Part shown: one piece after another, positions 20,101 to 37,461 of the stretch
Numbering within the stretch: position 1 is the first letter of the stretch
How the letters are laid out: the number at the start of each line of letters is the position of its first letter
From: the human T2T-CHM13v2.0 reference genome, Homo sapiens
DNA: 64,000 nucleotides
Reading direction: 5' to 3' (one strand)
Assembly (NCBI RefSeq): GCF_009914755.1
Contig: NC_060935.1
The notes under the pieces: model-generated
Databases searched by the model: none
What the model was told of the DNA's origin: nothing
Seen by the model: only the letters and a program-made list of their open reading frames with translations
Program-made: the position numbers and the translations under genes

Positions 20101-23100
20101 ATTGCCTTAATTTCAGAATCTGTTATTGGTCTATTCAGAGATCAACTTCTTCCTGGTTTAGTCTTGGAAGGGTGTATGTGTCCAGGAATTTACCCATTTC
20201 TTCTAGATTTTCTAGTTTATATGCGTATAGGTGTTTATAGTATTCTCTGACAGTAGTTTGTATTTCTGTGGGATCAGTCGTCATATCCCCTTTATCATTT
20301 TTTATTGCGACTATTTGATTCTTCTCTCTTTTCTTCATTAGTCTTGCTAGCAGTCTATCTACTTTGTTGATCTTTTCAAAAAACCAGCTCCTGGATTCAT
20401 TAATTTTTTGAAGGGTTTTTTGTATCTCTATCTCCTTCAGTTCTTCTCTGATCTTAGTTATTTCTTGTCTTCTGCTAGATTTTGAATTTGTTTGCTCCTG
20501 CTTCTCTAGTTCTTTTAATTGTGATGTTAGGGTGTCAATTTTAGATCTTTCCTGCTTTCTCTTGTGGGCATTTAGTGATATAAATTTCCCTCTATCCACT
20601 GCTTTAAATGTGTCCAAAAGACTCTGGTACATTGCGTCTTTGTTCTCATTGGTTTCAAAGAACATCTTTATTTCTGCCTTCATTTCGTTATGGACCCAGT
20701 AGTCATTCAGGAGCAGGTTGTTCAGTTTCCATGTAGTTGAGCAGTTTTGAGTGAGTTTCTTAATCCTGAGTTCTAATTTGATTGCCCTGTGGTCTGAGAG
20801 ACAGTTTGTTGTGATTTCTGTTCTTTTACATTTGCTGAGGGTGTTTTACTTCCAATTATGTGGTCAATTTTAGAATAAGTGCGATGTGGTGCCAAGAAGA
20901 ATGTATATTCTGTTGATTTGGGGCGGAGAGTTCTGTAGATATCTATTAGGTCTGCTTGGTGCAGAGCTGTGTTCAAGTCCTGGATATCCTTGTTAATTTT
21001 TTGCCTCGTTGATCTAATATTGACATTGGGGTGTTAAAGTCTCCCACTATTATTGTGTGGGAGTCTAAGTCTCTTTGTAGGTCTCTAAGAACTTGGTTTA
21101 TGAATCTGGGTGCTCCTGTATTGGGTGCATATATATTTAGGATAGTTAGCTCTTCTTGTTGAATTGATCCCTTTACCATTATGTAATGGCCTTCTTTGTC
21201 TCTTCTGATCTTTGTTTGTTTAAAGTCCAGGATTGCAACCCCTGGTTTTTGTTTTTTTGTTTGTTTGTTTGTTTTGGTTTTTTTTTTTTTTTTGCTTTCC
21301 ATTTGCTTGGTATATCCTCCTCCATCCCTTTATTTTGAGCCTATGTGTGTCTCTGCACGTGAGGTGGGTCTCTTGAATACAACACACTGATGGGTCTTGA
21401 CTCTTTATCCAGTTTGCCAGTCTGTGTCTTTTAGTTTGGGCATTTAGCCCATTTACATTTAAGGTTAATGCAGTTATGTGTGAATTTGATTCTGTCATTA
21501 TAATGCTAGCTGGTTATTTTGCCCATTAATTGATGTAGTTTCTTCATAGCATTGATGGTCTTTACAATTTGGCATGTTTTTGCAGGGACTAGTACCGTTT
21601 GTTCCTTTCTATGTTTAGTGCTTCCTTCAGGAGCTCTTGTAAGGCAGGCCTGGTGGTGACAAAATCTCTCAGCATTTGCTTGTTTGTAAAGGATTTTATT
21701 TCTCCTTCACTTATGAAGCTCAGTTTGGCTGGATATGAAATTCTGGGTTGAAAATTCTTTTCTTTAAGAATGTTGAATATTTGCCCCCACTCTCTTCTGG
21801 CTTGTAGAGTTTCTGCTGAGAGATCTGCTGTTAGTCTGATGGGCTTCCCTTTGTGGGTAACCCAACCTTTCTTTCTGGCTGCCCTTAACATTTTTTCCTT
21901 CATTTCAACCTTGGTGAATTTGACAGTTATGTGTCTTGGGGATGCTCTTCTCAAGGAGTATCTTTGTGGTGTTCTCTGTATTTTTTGAATTTGAATGTTG
22001 GCCTGCCTTGCTAGGTTGGGGAAGTTCTCCAGGATAATATCCTGAAGAGTGTTTTCTAACTTGTTTCCATTCTTCCTGTCACTTTCAGGTACACCAATCA
22101 AACGTAGATTTGGTCTTTTCACATAGTCTCATATTTCTTGGAGGCTTTGTTCGTTTCTTTTCATTCTTTTTTCTCTAATCTTGTTTTCTCACTTTATTTC
22201 ATTAATTTGATCTTCAATCACTGATATCCTTTCTTCAGCTTGATCGTATTGGCTACTCAAGCTTGTGTATGCTTCACGAAGTTCTCGTACTGTAGTTTTC
22301 AGCTCCATCAGGTCACTTAAGCTCTTCTCTACACTGGTTATTCTAGTTAGCCATTTGTCTAACTTTTCAAGGTTTTTTGCTTCCTTGCAATGGGTCAGAA
22401 CATGCTCCTTTAGCTCGGAGAAGTTTGTTATTACTGGCCTTCTGAAGCCTACTTCTGTCGACTTGTCAAACTCATTCTCTGTCCAGTTTTTTTCCCTTGC
22501 TGGCGAGGAGTTGTGTTCCTTTGGAGGAGAAGAGGCATTCTGGTTTTTGGAATTCTCAGCCTTTCTGCTCTGGTTTCTCCCCATCTTTGTGGTTTTATCT
22601 ACCTTTGGTCTTTGATGTTGGTGACCTACGGATGGTGTTTTGGTGTGAACGTCCTTTTTGTTGATGTTGATGCTATTCCTTTCTGTTTGTTAGTTTTCCT
22701 TCTAACAGACTGTCTCCTCAGCTGCAGGTCTGTTGGAGTTTGCTGGAGGTCCACTCCAGACCCTGTTTGCCTGGGTATCACCAGTGGAGGCTGCAGAACA
22801 GCAAATATTGCTCTCTGATCCTTCCTCTGGAAGCTTCGTCCCAGAGGGAGGGGCACCTGCCTATATGAGGTGTCTGTTGGTCCCTACTGGGAGATCTCCC
22901 AGTCAGGCTAAAGGGGGTCAGGGACCCATTTGAGGCAGTCTGTCTGTCATCAGAGCTTGAACACCATGCTGGCGGAACCAATGATGTCTTCAGAGCTGTC
23001 AGGCAGGGATGTTTAAGTCTGGAGAAGCTATCTGCTGCCTTTTGTTCAGATATGCCCTGCCACCAGAGGTGGAATCTAGAGAGGCAGTAGGCCTTGCTGA

Positions 23101-23622
23101 GCTGCAGTTGGCTCTACCCAGTTCAAGCTTCCTTGCTGCTTTGTTTAAACGGTGAGCACAGAACCACCTACTCAAGCCTCAGCAATGGCAGATGCCCCTC
23201 CCCCTGCCAAATTTCAGCATCCCAGGTCAATCTCAGACTGCTGCACTAGCAAGCAAGCAAGGCTCCATGGGCGTTGGACCTGCCGAGACAGGCACAGGAG
23301 GGAATCTCCTGGTCAGCCAGTTGCGAAGACCATGGTAAAGTGCAGTATTTGCACAGGAGTGTACTGTTCCTCCAGGTACAGTCACATCTTCCCTTGGCTA
23401 GGAAAGGAAAATCCCCTGACCTCTTGCACTTCCTGGGTGAGGCGACACCCCGCTCTGCTTCAGCTCGCCCTCCACGGGCTGCACCCACTGTCCAACCAGT
23501 CCCAACGAGATAAACCAGGTATCTCAGTTGGAAATGCAGAAATCACCCATCTTCTGCATCAGTCTCCCTGGGAGCTGTAGACCGAAGCTGTTCCTATTCA
23601 GCCATCTTGGAAGCGACCCATC
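17185..23622 (-). mobile_element. Full-length L1PA (L1PA7-like), ORFs disrupted (copy B)
   Basis: 5'UTR to 3'UTR all present; 12-bp TSD ctacatgttctt at 17173-17184 and 23623-23634; ORF1 pieces 21589-22584, ORF2 pieces 17339-21498. Confidence 0.97.
18821..19077 (+). mobile_element. Inverted ~250-bp internal L1 ORF2 fragment inside copy B
   Basis: Plus-strand segment tgtaaaagaatagaaatc...gcagtgtatagag interrupting minus-strand ORF2; no poly(A), no TSD. Confidence 0.92.
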
Positions 23623-25344
23623 CTACATGTTCTTATTGGAGAATTTAGTCCATTTACATTCAATGTTATTATTGATAAGTGAGGACTATCTCTCATCATT
23701 TTGTTATTTTTTTTTTTCTGGTTGTTTTGTGGTTTTCCTTTTTTCTTCCTTCCTGTCTTTCTTTCAATGAAGGTGATTTTTCTCTGGTGGTATTTTTTAA
23801 TTCCTTGCTTTTTATTTTTGTGCATCTCTTGTATGGTTTTCAATTTGAGGTTACCATTAGGCTTGCAAATACTATCTTTAACCCATTATTTTAAAGTGAT
23901 AACAAATTAATACTGATTGCATAAACAAACAAGCTAATTACCAAACAAGCAAAAGAAAACTTATAAAAACTCAATAATTTAACTTTGTCTCCTCACTTTT
24001 TACATTTTTGTTGTTTCCATTCATATCTTATTATACTGTCTATGTCTTGAAAAGCTGTTGTAGTTATTATTTTTAATTGGTTCATCTTTTCATCTTTCTA
24101 CTTAAGATATAAGTAGTTTACACATCACACTTACAGTGTTATAATATTCTGTGTTTTTCTGTGTACCTACTATTACCAGTGAGTTTTACCTTCAGATGAT
24201 TTCTTATCACTGATTAACATCCTTTTCTTTTGGACTGAAGACTTCTCTTTAGCATTTCTTGTAGGACAGGTCTGGTGTTAATGAAATCCCTCAGCTTTTA
24301 TTTATCTGGGTAAGTCTTTATTTCTCCTTCATGTTTGAAGGATATTTTCACTGTACATACTATTCTAGGGTAAAACCTTTTTTCCTTCAGCACCATAAAT
24401 ATGTCCTGGCCTGTAAGGTTTCCACTGAAAAGTCTGCTGCCAGATGTATTGGAGCTCCATGTATGTTATTTGTTTCTTTTATCTTGATGCTTTTAGGAAT
24501 CTTTCTTTATCCTTGACCTTTGGGAGTGTGATTATTAAATGCCTCAAGGTAGTCTTCTTTGGGTTACATCTGCATGGTTTTCTATAACCTTCTTGTATTT
24601 GAATATTGATATTTTTCTAAAGATTTGGGAAGTTCTCTGTTATTATCCCATTGAATAAACTTTCTACTCCTCTCTCTCTCTACGTCCTCTTTAAGGCCAA
24701 AAACACTTAGATTTGCCCTTTTGAGGCTATTTTCTCGATTTTGTATGTGTGTTTCTTTTTTCTCTGACTGTATATTTTCAAACAGCCTGTCTTCAAGCTC
24801 ACTAATTCTTTCTTCTGCTTGATCAATTCTGCTATTATGAGACTCTGATGCATTCTTCAGTATGTCAATTGCATTTTTCAATTCCAGAATTTCTGCTTGA
24901 CTCTTTTTTAATTATTTCAATCTCTTTATTAAATTTATTTGGCAGAATTCTAAATTCTTCTGTGTTATCCTGAATTTCTTTGAGCTTCCTCAAAACAGCT
25001 ATTTTGACTTCTCTGAAAGTTCACATGTCTCTCTTTCTCTGGGACTGGTCCCTGTTGCCTTATTAGTTTGTTTGGTGAGGTATGTTTTTCTGGATGGTCT
25101 TGATGCTTGTGAGTGTTCGTCAGTGTCTGGGCATTGAAGAGTGGGGTATTTTTTGTAGTCTTCACAGTCTGGCCTTTTTGTACCCATCCTTCTTGGGAAG
25201 GCTTTCCAGGTATTTGAAGGGACCTGAGTGTTGTGATCTAAGTTTTTTGTCACTGCAGCCGCATCTGCACTAGGGGGCACCACAAGCCCAATAACGATGT
25301 AGTTCTTGTAGACTCAGAAGTATTGCCTTGGTGGTCTTGGATAA

Positions 25345-25702
<358 letters not shown>

Positions 25703-27399
25703 TCTACTCTCACTTTCTACCAAATAAATGGATTATCTCTCTGTGCTGAGCTTCCTGGAGTTGGGGGACAGGTGACACAAGCACCCCTGTGACGACCACC
25801 ACTGGGACTGCACTGGGTCAGACCTGAACCCAGTACAGCACTGGGTCTTACCCAAGGCCTGCTATAGCCACTACCTGACTACCACCAGTGTGCACTCAAG
25901 GCCTTAGCGATCTACAATCACCAGGTGGCAAAGCCAGGCAGTCTTGTATCCTTCTTTTCAGGGAAGTGACTGTCCCTGAGCTCTAGGCAGGTCCATGCCA
26001 TCCAGGAGCCAGGGCCCAGAGTCAAAAACCTAAGAAATCCACCTGGTGCTCTATTCCACTGTGGCTAAGCTGGCACCAAAACCACAAGACAAGGTTCTTC
26101 CCGTTCTTCCCTCAACTTTCCCAAAGCAGAGGAATCTCTCCCCATGGCCACCACCACCACAGCCAACAGGGAGTATTGACAGGGTACCACTGATGTTCAC
26201 TTAAGGCCCAAGTCCAGGCCAGGACACACCCTTCAGGACAGTGGGCTCCCCTCTGGCCCAGGGTAGGTCCAGAGATGCTGTCCATGAGCCAATGCCTGGA
26301 ATTGGGAACCCCTAGAGCCCACTTGGTGCTCTTCCCCACTGTAGCCAAGCTGGTACCTAAGCTGCAAGAAAAGTTCCCTTTATTCTTCCCCCTCCTTTTC
26401 TCAAGTGGAAGGGGTCTCTCCTCATAGCCACCATAGCTGTGAATATGCTGGATCACACCTGAAGCCAGCATGTCTGAGTCTCACCCAAGGCCCACAGCAT
26501 GTACTACCTGGTTATTGCTGCCGATTATTCAAGGCCCAAGCGCTCTTAAGTTAGCAGGTAGTGAATCCTGCCAGAACTGAATCCTTCCCTTCAAGGCAGC
26601 AGGTTTCCTGTCTAATCCAGGATGTGTCTAGAAATGTTGTCTGGGAGTTAGGGCCTGGAATGGGAGCCTGATAACTCTGCCCAGTGCCCTATCCTACTGT
26701 GGCAAAGCTGGTATCCAAGTTGCAAAACAAAATCCTCTTACCTCTTCCCTCTCCTCTCTTCAAGCAGGAAGGAGTCTCTTTGGGAGCTGTACACTGCACT
26801 GCCTGGGGTTGAAGAGGGGTGGCATAAGCACTCCCTTTGCCACCCCGACTGGTGTGTCACTGGGTCGCATGCTCTCTCCAATGGCTCCGAGACCAGTCCA
26901 AGTCCACTGGCTCTGAGACCAGTACAGCACTAGGACTTGCCTAGGAAGTGTAGTCCTTGTGGCCTAGATTGGTGTTATTTGGAAACCCCCCAGCGGCAAG
27001 GCTTGCTGAAACTCAAGTTCAAACCACTGGGATGGGTCATTCGCCTCTGGCTAGGGCTAGCCTGAATGCACCCGCCATAGACACCGGCTGGGTTCCGCCT
27101 GGTGTTGGCAGCACTGAGTTCCCACAATTGCTGCACTCTCCTTGAACCGCACAGATTGTTTTTCCACATCATGTGGCCACTGCAGGGGCTGGGGGAGGGG
27201 TGGAGTTGGAGATTCAAGACTGTCTTTCCAACTCCCTTCAGTGCCTCTTTCAGCAATATGAAGTTAAAACCAGGTACTGTGATCACTTCATTTTTGGTCT
27301 GTATGAAGGTGCTTTTTTGTGTAGTTGTCAAATTTGGTGTTCCTGCAGGAAGGACAATTGGTAGAATCTTCTATTTGGCCATCTTGCCCCCACCCTCAA

Positions 27400-27822
27400 A
27401 ACTTAGTAATTTAAAACAATATTTTATTAGGTCTCACAATTCTGTACAATGATCCGGCTTAGCAAGACAGGTCTGCTTCACATGCTATGGATAAGGTCAT
27501 TCATGCAGAAGCATTTATATGGTAGCTTGGCTAGGGCTGAAATGACAGTGACTTCCGCTCACACTCCAGTGTCTTTCCCCATGTAGCTTCTCATAATTAA
27601 ATAATCTATTTTGAACTTTATGACATAGCTCTGGCTTCCAAGAGGATCTGTTCTAAGAGAAAAAGCCCCAGTGTGAGAGTACTTACCAAGCCTCTGCTTA
27701 GTAACATGCTTGCTAATATTTCGTTGGCCAAGAAAGTCACATGACCTGGGCTAAGTTAATGTGGGAGTGCTCTACTCAAGGACATGAAATATGGTTCATT
27801 GGGAGCCACAAATATAACAGCA
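27400..27822 (-). mobile_element. Old MLT1 (MaLR) LTR
   Basis: aaaacttagtaatttaaaacaa...tctcacaattctgt and ttggccaagaaagtcacatgacc motifs. Confidence 0.6.
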
Positions 27823-28343
27823 TCATTTATTTACTGCCTGTTCACAGATATTTAGACTGTTTATAATTTTTCCCATTACAACAGTATAGTAAATATCACT
27901 GTAGCAAAATATTTGCCCAAGTAAGCTCAAACAAAAAATTATCCTAGATAAAAATATAAACTGTTCAGACTTAATGATCGTGAAATTTTAAATTCCAGTT
28001 TAAACAGATAAAACTGAATTTCTATCCATTATCTATATTAATTTACATCAAAAAGGAAAAAATACAGTCGTACTCATTCCTGAAAACTCCAGCCAATGCT
28101 GGAAATCATCAATCTAAGTATGTTTCCAATCTGGGAATCAAAAACTGATTATCTCATTTTTGTTTTAATCTGCATTTATTTTATTAGTAGTAAAGTTAAG
28201 CATATTTTTGTACATTTTATGATTACTTGTATTTCTTCATCCTGTTCATTTTTCTGTTGGGTTGTTTTGATTTGGAATATTTTGTAAATAAGATATTGAT
28301 TTTTTTATTGTTTTGCATGTTGCAAATATTTTCTCTGCATCAC

Positions 28344-28644
28344 TTTTTTTTTAAGAGACAAAGTCTTGCTTGTCATCCATGCTGGACTGCAGTGGTACAA
28401 TCACAGCTCACTGTAACCCCGAACTGCTGGGATTAAGTGATCCTCCTGCCTCAGCCTCCTGCCCAGGTAGCTAGGACTATGGGCACATGCCATCATGTCC
28501 AACTAATTAAAAATTTTTCTTGTAGATAAAGGGTCTCATTATATTGCCCAGGCTGGCCTCCAACTCCTGGCCTCAAGTGATTGATCCTCCCACCTCAGCC
28601 TCCCAAAGCACTGGAATTACAGGTATGAGCCACTGTGCCTGGCC
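28344..28644 (-). mobile_element. AluJ
   Basis: Full dimer, TSD tcactttttttt. Confidence 0.93.
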
Positions 28645-28814
28645 AGTCACTTTTTTTTAACTTTATGATGGCTATTATCCCGTAAGAGCTAAGAATCTAG
28701 TCATCATATCCAGCCATCTTTTCCTTTATGAAGGATAATCTCTATGCCCAAGAATATAAGAATTGTTTCTTATGTTTTCTAGTATTTGTAGAGTGTTTTT
28801 CTTTGCATTTAGTT

Positions 28815-29422
<608 letters not shown>

Positions 29423-29539
29423 TGTGAGGCACCACACCCAGCCCTGGGTTTTATTTTTGTGTATAAGGTATGTATGAATGCTCCTAATACCACTTACTGA
29501 CTATTGTTCTTTTCACCCATTGAATTGACTTGTCTTTTT

Positions 29540-30716
<1,177 letters not shown>

Positions 30717-30784
30717 AGCTTCGACATTTTTTATCAGGATAAAAGCTTAGGAAAATAATTAAGACCTTAAATTATCCTTTCAGA

Positions 30785-31817
<1,033 letters not shown>

Positions 31818-32269
31818 CCTTTTAAAGGTTATTTACAACATCAAGTCCAAGATAATTTATTACAATTGTATATTTTCTGTCTACCATTTGGGAAGATGTA
31901 AAGCCTATTTCTATTTATTTAGTCATTACCCTTAAAATTTTAATATTCCTACTTAACTGAAGAATATCTGTAGTTGGTCAGTATCTTTATATCTTCCGAA
32001 CGATACAAGGACCTAAGAATCAGTCCCATCCAGGCTTAACAGTAACTGTGGTTCAGTGTTTTAATTCCACTTTTTTATCTTCAAAAACTAAATATAATTA
32101 TTCATTTTTAATTGTATCAATCTTTTTGCACTCTGTTTTAAATGCTAAATAAAAAGATCTCTTCAGAAACTATTAATGAGAAGTATTAAAAATTTGCAAT
32201 AAAGATTTGGGAGGGCATGAGACAAAATCAGTATCTCATAAGTAGTTCCTGAATAAGATCTGTTCTTGC

Positions 32270-33380
32270 TTATCACACATGCCTGCAAAATGTCTGGTAC
32301 AAGAATATGCACAGCAATATGAATAGCAACTGTATTCATAAAAAACAACAACTGAAAATCCCTTAGGTATCCATAACTATGTTAATGAAAACAACAAACT
32401 ATGGTACATTTATATTATAGATACTATTCAATGATAAAAACGAACTGACTACAAACACACACAACAAGAATAAATCTCAAAAATACTACACTGAGTTAAA
32501 AAAAACTTGCACAAAAAAAATACTGAATGATTCCCTTTATATAAAAATCTAGAACAGAGATAAGCTTATCTTTAGTGAAAAAAATTAGAACAGGGGCTGC
32601 CTCTGGATGAAAAGGGGTGAAGAATTTTATTCTACATAAATTTTATATTGAAAGAAAAAATAAACAAATATTATTAAAATCCAGTTAATAATATACATAC
32701 TGAAGCATATAATTTCCAACTTATTTGGAAATGAATCCCAAAAATAAGACCAATGACAGATAGATATACTATGAGATCAAGCATAGAATCTGATTAGTAG
32801 GTACATTAGGTTACTATTACTACTGTAACAAATAACAACAAACTTAGTGGCTTAAAACAACTCAAATTTATTCTGTTGCAGTTCTGGAGGTCAGAAGTCC
32901 AAGGTATCTGCAGGGCGGCATACCTTCTACAGTCTCTGGGGGAGAATCCATTTCCTTGCTTCTTCCAGCTTCCACTTACATATGCTCCTTTGTTCATAGC
33001 ATCTTCCTCCATCTTCAAAGCTAGCAGCATAACATCTTCCAATCGCTTTCTCTTCGACTATAACCTTTAGTTCCACTATCACATCTCTTTCTCAGACTCT
33101 GATTCTCCTGTCTCCCTCTTATATGAATGCTTATGAGTACTCTGGGCCCATTCGAATAATCCAGCATAATCCCTCCATCTCAAAATGCTTAATTTAATCA
33201 CACCTACAAAATTCCTTTTGCCATATAAGGTAACATATTCACAGGTTCTTGAAATTAGGACATGGACATGCTTGGGTGCCATATTCTGTCTACCACAATG
33301 GGTATATGGGTGTTCACTGTAAAGTTCTTTCAAGTATTACGTATGTTTGAAATTTTCCTACTAAAATGTTGAGGGGGAAA
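32270..33380 (+). mobile_element. Old L1ME 3' end interrupted by MLT1D
   Basis: aaactatggtacatttat, aatctcaaaaatactacactgagt and gggtatatgggtgttcactgta motifs. Confidence 0.6.
32802..33297 (-). mobile_element. MLT1D-like MaLR LTR
   Basis: Reverse complement begins tgtggtagacagaatatggc...acctgtgaatatgttacctta, matching MLT1D as recalled. Confidence 0.82.
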
Positions 33381-33549
33381 TCTAGGAATACAGGTCAAGT
33401 ACCGCCATCAGGGTAAATGGGAAAAACAGTAACAGTCTTTTTCTAATGAAAGTAAGGGATTTTTTCCCCTTTTTAAGAAGAAAGCTCTCTTTTCAATGAG
33501 GAATTTGATTGCTAGTATTATATACTTTTACATTTGATTATTAAAAACA

Positions 33550-33979
33550 TTTTCCTCTTCATCCAGGGATGGCATCTAGATGCACTCAAAATGGTCCAGC
33601 ATTTGACGTATCATCATGGGCTTTCCTACAATACAGCCTCTAACAAAACTAGGCTGTCCCAAACCCCTGGTAATAGAATTGTTTACCTTTATACCAAGAA
33701 GGTTAGGAAAGCACCAAAATCTCCACGTGGCATGCCTCCAAGTAGATTTCAAGGAGTTTGTGCTGTGAGACCTAAAGTTCTTATGAGGTTATCTTGAAAA
33801 AATGTGTCAGCAGAGCCTATGGTGGTTCCATGTATGCTAATTGTGTCCATGACAGGATCAAACATGCTTTCTTCATCAAGGAGCAGAAAATCCTTGTGAA
33901 AGTGTTGAAGGCACAAGCACAGAGTTTGAAAGCTAAATTTTAAAATGAAGCTTTCTTGGGTAATAAAAGAAAAAAAAAA
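33550..33979 (+). pseudogene. RPL34P2: RPL34 processed pseudogene (60S ribosomal protein L34)
   Basis: ATG 33591 gives [44 protein letters not shown] (RPL34: [44 protein letters not shown]); premature TGA 33795-33797; intronless; AATAAA 33962 then poly(A). RPL34 origin is secure; the P2 number is from memory only. Confidence 0.93.
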
Positions 33980-34626
33980 CGCTATTCCTTTTCTAATCTG
34001 AAATTTTTCAGAAAATTTTTAAAGGAAGCATATTTTTTAAGTTGGAAATATAAACAGACCAAAGTATAAAATTTAAAACATAATAAAACAGAATACTAAG
34101 TTTTAAATAGTGACCAAAAGTTGTTTCACTTAGGAAAGATAACATTTTAAGCTAATTTTACAAAAACACTTCTTTATAATACTTACCCAAAATACCATTT
34201 TTAGCAGAATTTCATCTTAAAACAGACTTTTATTACAATAATAAGTAGCTTTAAATAGGATGAACACTGTGGTATTTAAATTTTGTTATTGTAACAATAA
34301 ATTTCAATATTTTAAAATCCTAGAACAATATTTGTATTATTATATAATAAAAATGTTGTTTCAGATCTTTTTCTCTCATTTATAGCTTATTTTCAGAAAG
34401 TCAGTAAATTCTATTGATTCTTCTTTCTGCCTCTTCTGTTCTATCTTCATGGTCATATATATGTCCTAGTGAACTCATTTCTATATCCTTATTGCAATAG
34501 TTTTATGGTTTTTTTTCTCTCGAGAATCTTCCAAGCTCCAATCTATCCTATATAGAGTTAAAATTTAGACCCATACAAGTCTCAGAAATAAAATGCTTTT
34601 TAATGGGATTTGCACAATATAGATAG

Positions 34627-34907
<281 letters not shown>

Positions 34908-35404
34908 TCTTTTACAATTTTATACTAGACATATCCTTTAAGAAAAAATCACAGTTATCACTTTTTAAAATAAAGATATTTGATTCTTTCAACCCAGAAT
35001 ATTTACTACATACATTTATTTTGTCACTTAATCATATACTGCCTTGTTTCATTATTTAATCATTTCATAGGCATCTATATAATAACCTTAACAAAAATGT
35101 AATCTCCCCAAGAGCGATTATTTTTCATCAGCCATGTGTCTAAAGAGGGTGCTATCTGTGCACTCCCAGGGACTCAATAAATACTAGCTGACTTATCAAG
35201 TACTTAATCTGAAAACTCTTCTTTTATTTTGTGCTTTAGTTTCCAAATTCTTATTTCCCATTCCCTGATCATTTACTTAATCTGTCCTATTCTCTTTTAC
35301 TTCATTAATTGGACTATATATTTTATTTCTAAACAAGAGGGATTTTTTAGGCTTTTTATTCTTTAAAAAACAATAAACTGAACAAAATCAAGTTTTCTTA
35401 TTTA

Positions 35405-35599
<195 letters not shown>

Positions 35600-36094
35600 T
35601 TAACTGAAAAAAAATTATCTAGGTTTTTCAAGTAAAAGCATAGTTACCATAAAAATATAACAACCTGTATCCCATAATCCTCCAATTTCAGCACTGAATA
35701 ACAGTTGTGTCATCACTCCACTCTAATGTTGACCAAAAAAACACTTAGCAAAAATGGTATTATTCTGTTTCCCTATGGTTGAAGCTTTTTCTGGTAGCTG
35801 AGTACCCTCAAAGGCTAAATTTTCTTCCCCTAAAGACCCATCTTCTAAAGGCTGGGTTCATGATGTTGCAGGCAAGTTGCTTCATGCCAAAGCTGGGATA
35901 CACATTCTGCTTCCTAAACTTTGCCTTGACATAAAGCTTCTTTGCAAAGATGATATGAATAGTAACATGCAATCTTTAAACTCAACATAGTTGGAAGACG
36001 AAGGCTGGAAAAATTGCCTTTTATTAAAAACCAAGATAGTTAAATATTTTTCTCAACCCAGAAAATGTATGAGTCAGGCTGCAAGAAACTTTTC

Positions 36095-36962
36095 AACTTT
36101 TCAGTATGAAACAATGATCAATTCACAGGTAGTTGCAAAAGAATGTACGGTGAAGTCCTATACACCATTCTCTCAATAACCCCCGCAAATGTTAACATCT
36201 TGTATAACAAGAGTACAATATTAAAAATGTGCATCTGACTTTGGTACAATCCACGGAGCTTATTAGCACTTTACCAGTTATACATGTACTTATTTGTGTG
36301 CATGTGTCTGTGTGTATATATGCTTTTGGCAAGTTTATCATATTTATAGCTTCATATAACTATGACCTCAATTTAAGATACAGAACTCTAGCATCAATAC
36401 AAGCTTCTTCAAGCAGCTTCTCTGTGGTCATACCCACTCTCTTCCCCCATCCTTAACTCTGAGAAAATACTAATCTGTTATCTATCTCCGTAATTTTGTT
36501 GTTTCAAGAGTGCTCATAAATGGAATCACACATCATGTAACCTATAGCTTTTTTTTTAAGGTTCATCCAGATTGTTACATGTATCAGTAATTCATTCCTT
36601 TTTATTGTTTAGTAGTATTTCATGGTATGAATGTATTATTTACTGAACTACTCACCCACTGAATAACATTTTAGTAGTTTCCAGTTTGTGACTATTATGA
36701 ATAAAGGTGCTATAAACATTTATGTACACATTTCTCTGTGACCATAATTTTTCATTCCTTAGAGATAAATGCCCAAGAGTAAAATTGTTGGGTTGAGTGA
36801 ATATTGAGTCCATTTTTAGTTGTAAAGGAAACTGCCACATTATTTTCCAGAGTGGCTGTACCATTTTCCATTCCCACTGGCAATGTACAAGTAATACAGT
36901 TTCTCCAAATTTCCACCAGCATTTGCTGTTATCACTATTGTTTTTATTTTAGCCATTCTGAT
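36095..36962 (-). mobile_element. Old L1MB/L1MC 3' end
   Basis: attttccagagtggctgtaccattttccattcccactggcaatgta, ttttagccattctgata. Confidence 0.78.
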
Positions 36963-36965
36963 AAG

Positions 36966-37461
36966 TATTATACTAATAAGCATTCTCCAGAGAAACAGAA
37001 TAGGATGGGTATGTGTGTGTATATATGGGGGGTTGTATGTATATATGTGCAAAAGACTCATATGCACATATATATAGACACAGACCTACACACACACACG
37101 CAGAGAGAGAGAGATTTTAGGGAACTGGCTTACACAATTGTGGCGGCTGACAACTCTGAAATCTTTAGGGCTGACCAGCAGGCTAGAGACTCAGGAAAGA
37201 GTGGATGTTGTAGCTCAAGTCCAAAAGCAGTCTGGAAGCAAAATTCCCACTTCCTTGGACAACCCTAACCTTTTTCTCTTAAGGCCTTCAACTGATTGGA
37301 TGAGGCCCACCCACATTATGGAGAGTAATTTGCTTTACTCAAAGTCTGCTGATTTAAATGTTAATCACAGCCATAAAATACCTTCACAACATTATGTAGA
37401 CTGCTGTTTGACCCAATATCTGGGTACTACAACCTAGCCAAGTTGACACATAAAATTAACA
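36966..37461 (-). mobile_element. MLT2 (ERVL) LTR
   Basis: ttctccagagaaacagaa...ccttcaactgattggatgaggcccacccacattatggag...aagttgacacataaaattaac. Confidence 0.85.

Noticed and set aside
33534-33797. 87-aa ORF as a functional RPL34 paralogue
   Set aside because: Premature stop and deletion remove the C-terminal ~40%, conserved Arg/Cys residues are lost, and it has processed-pseudogene hallmarks.
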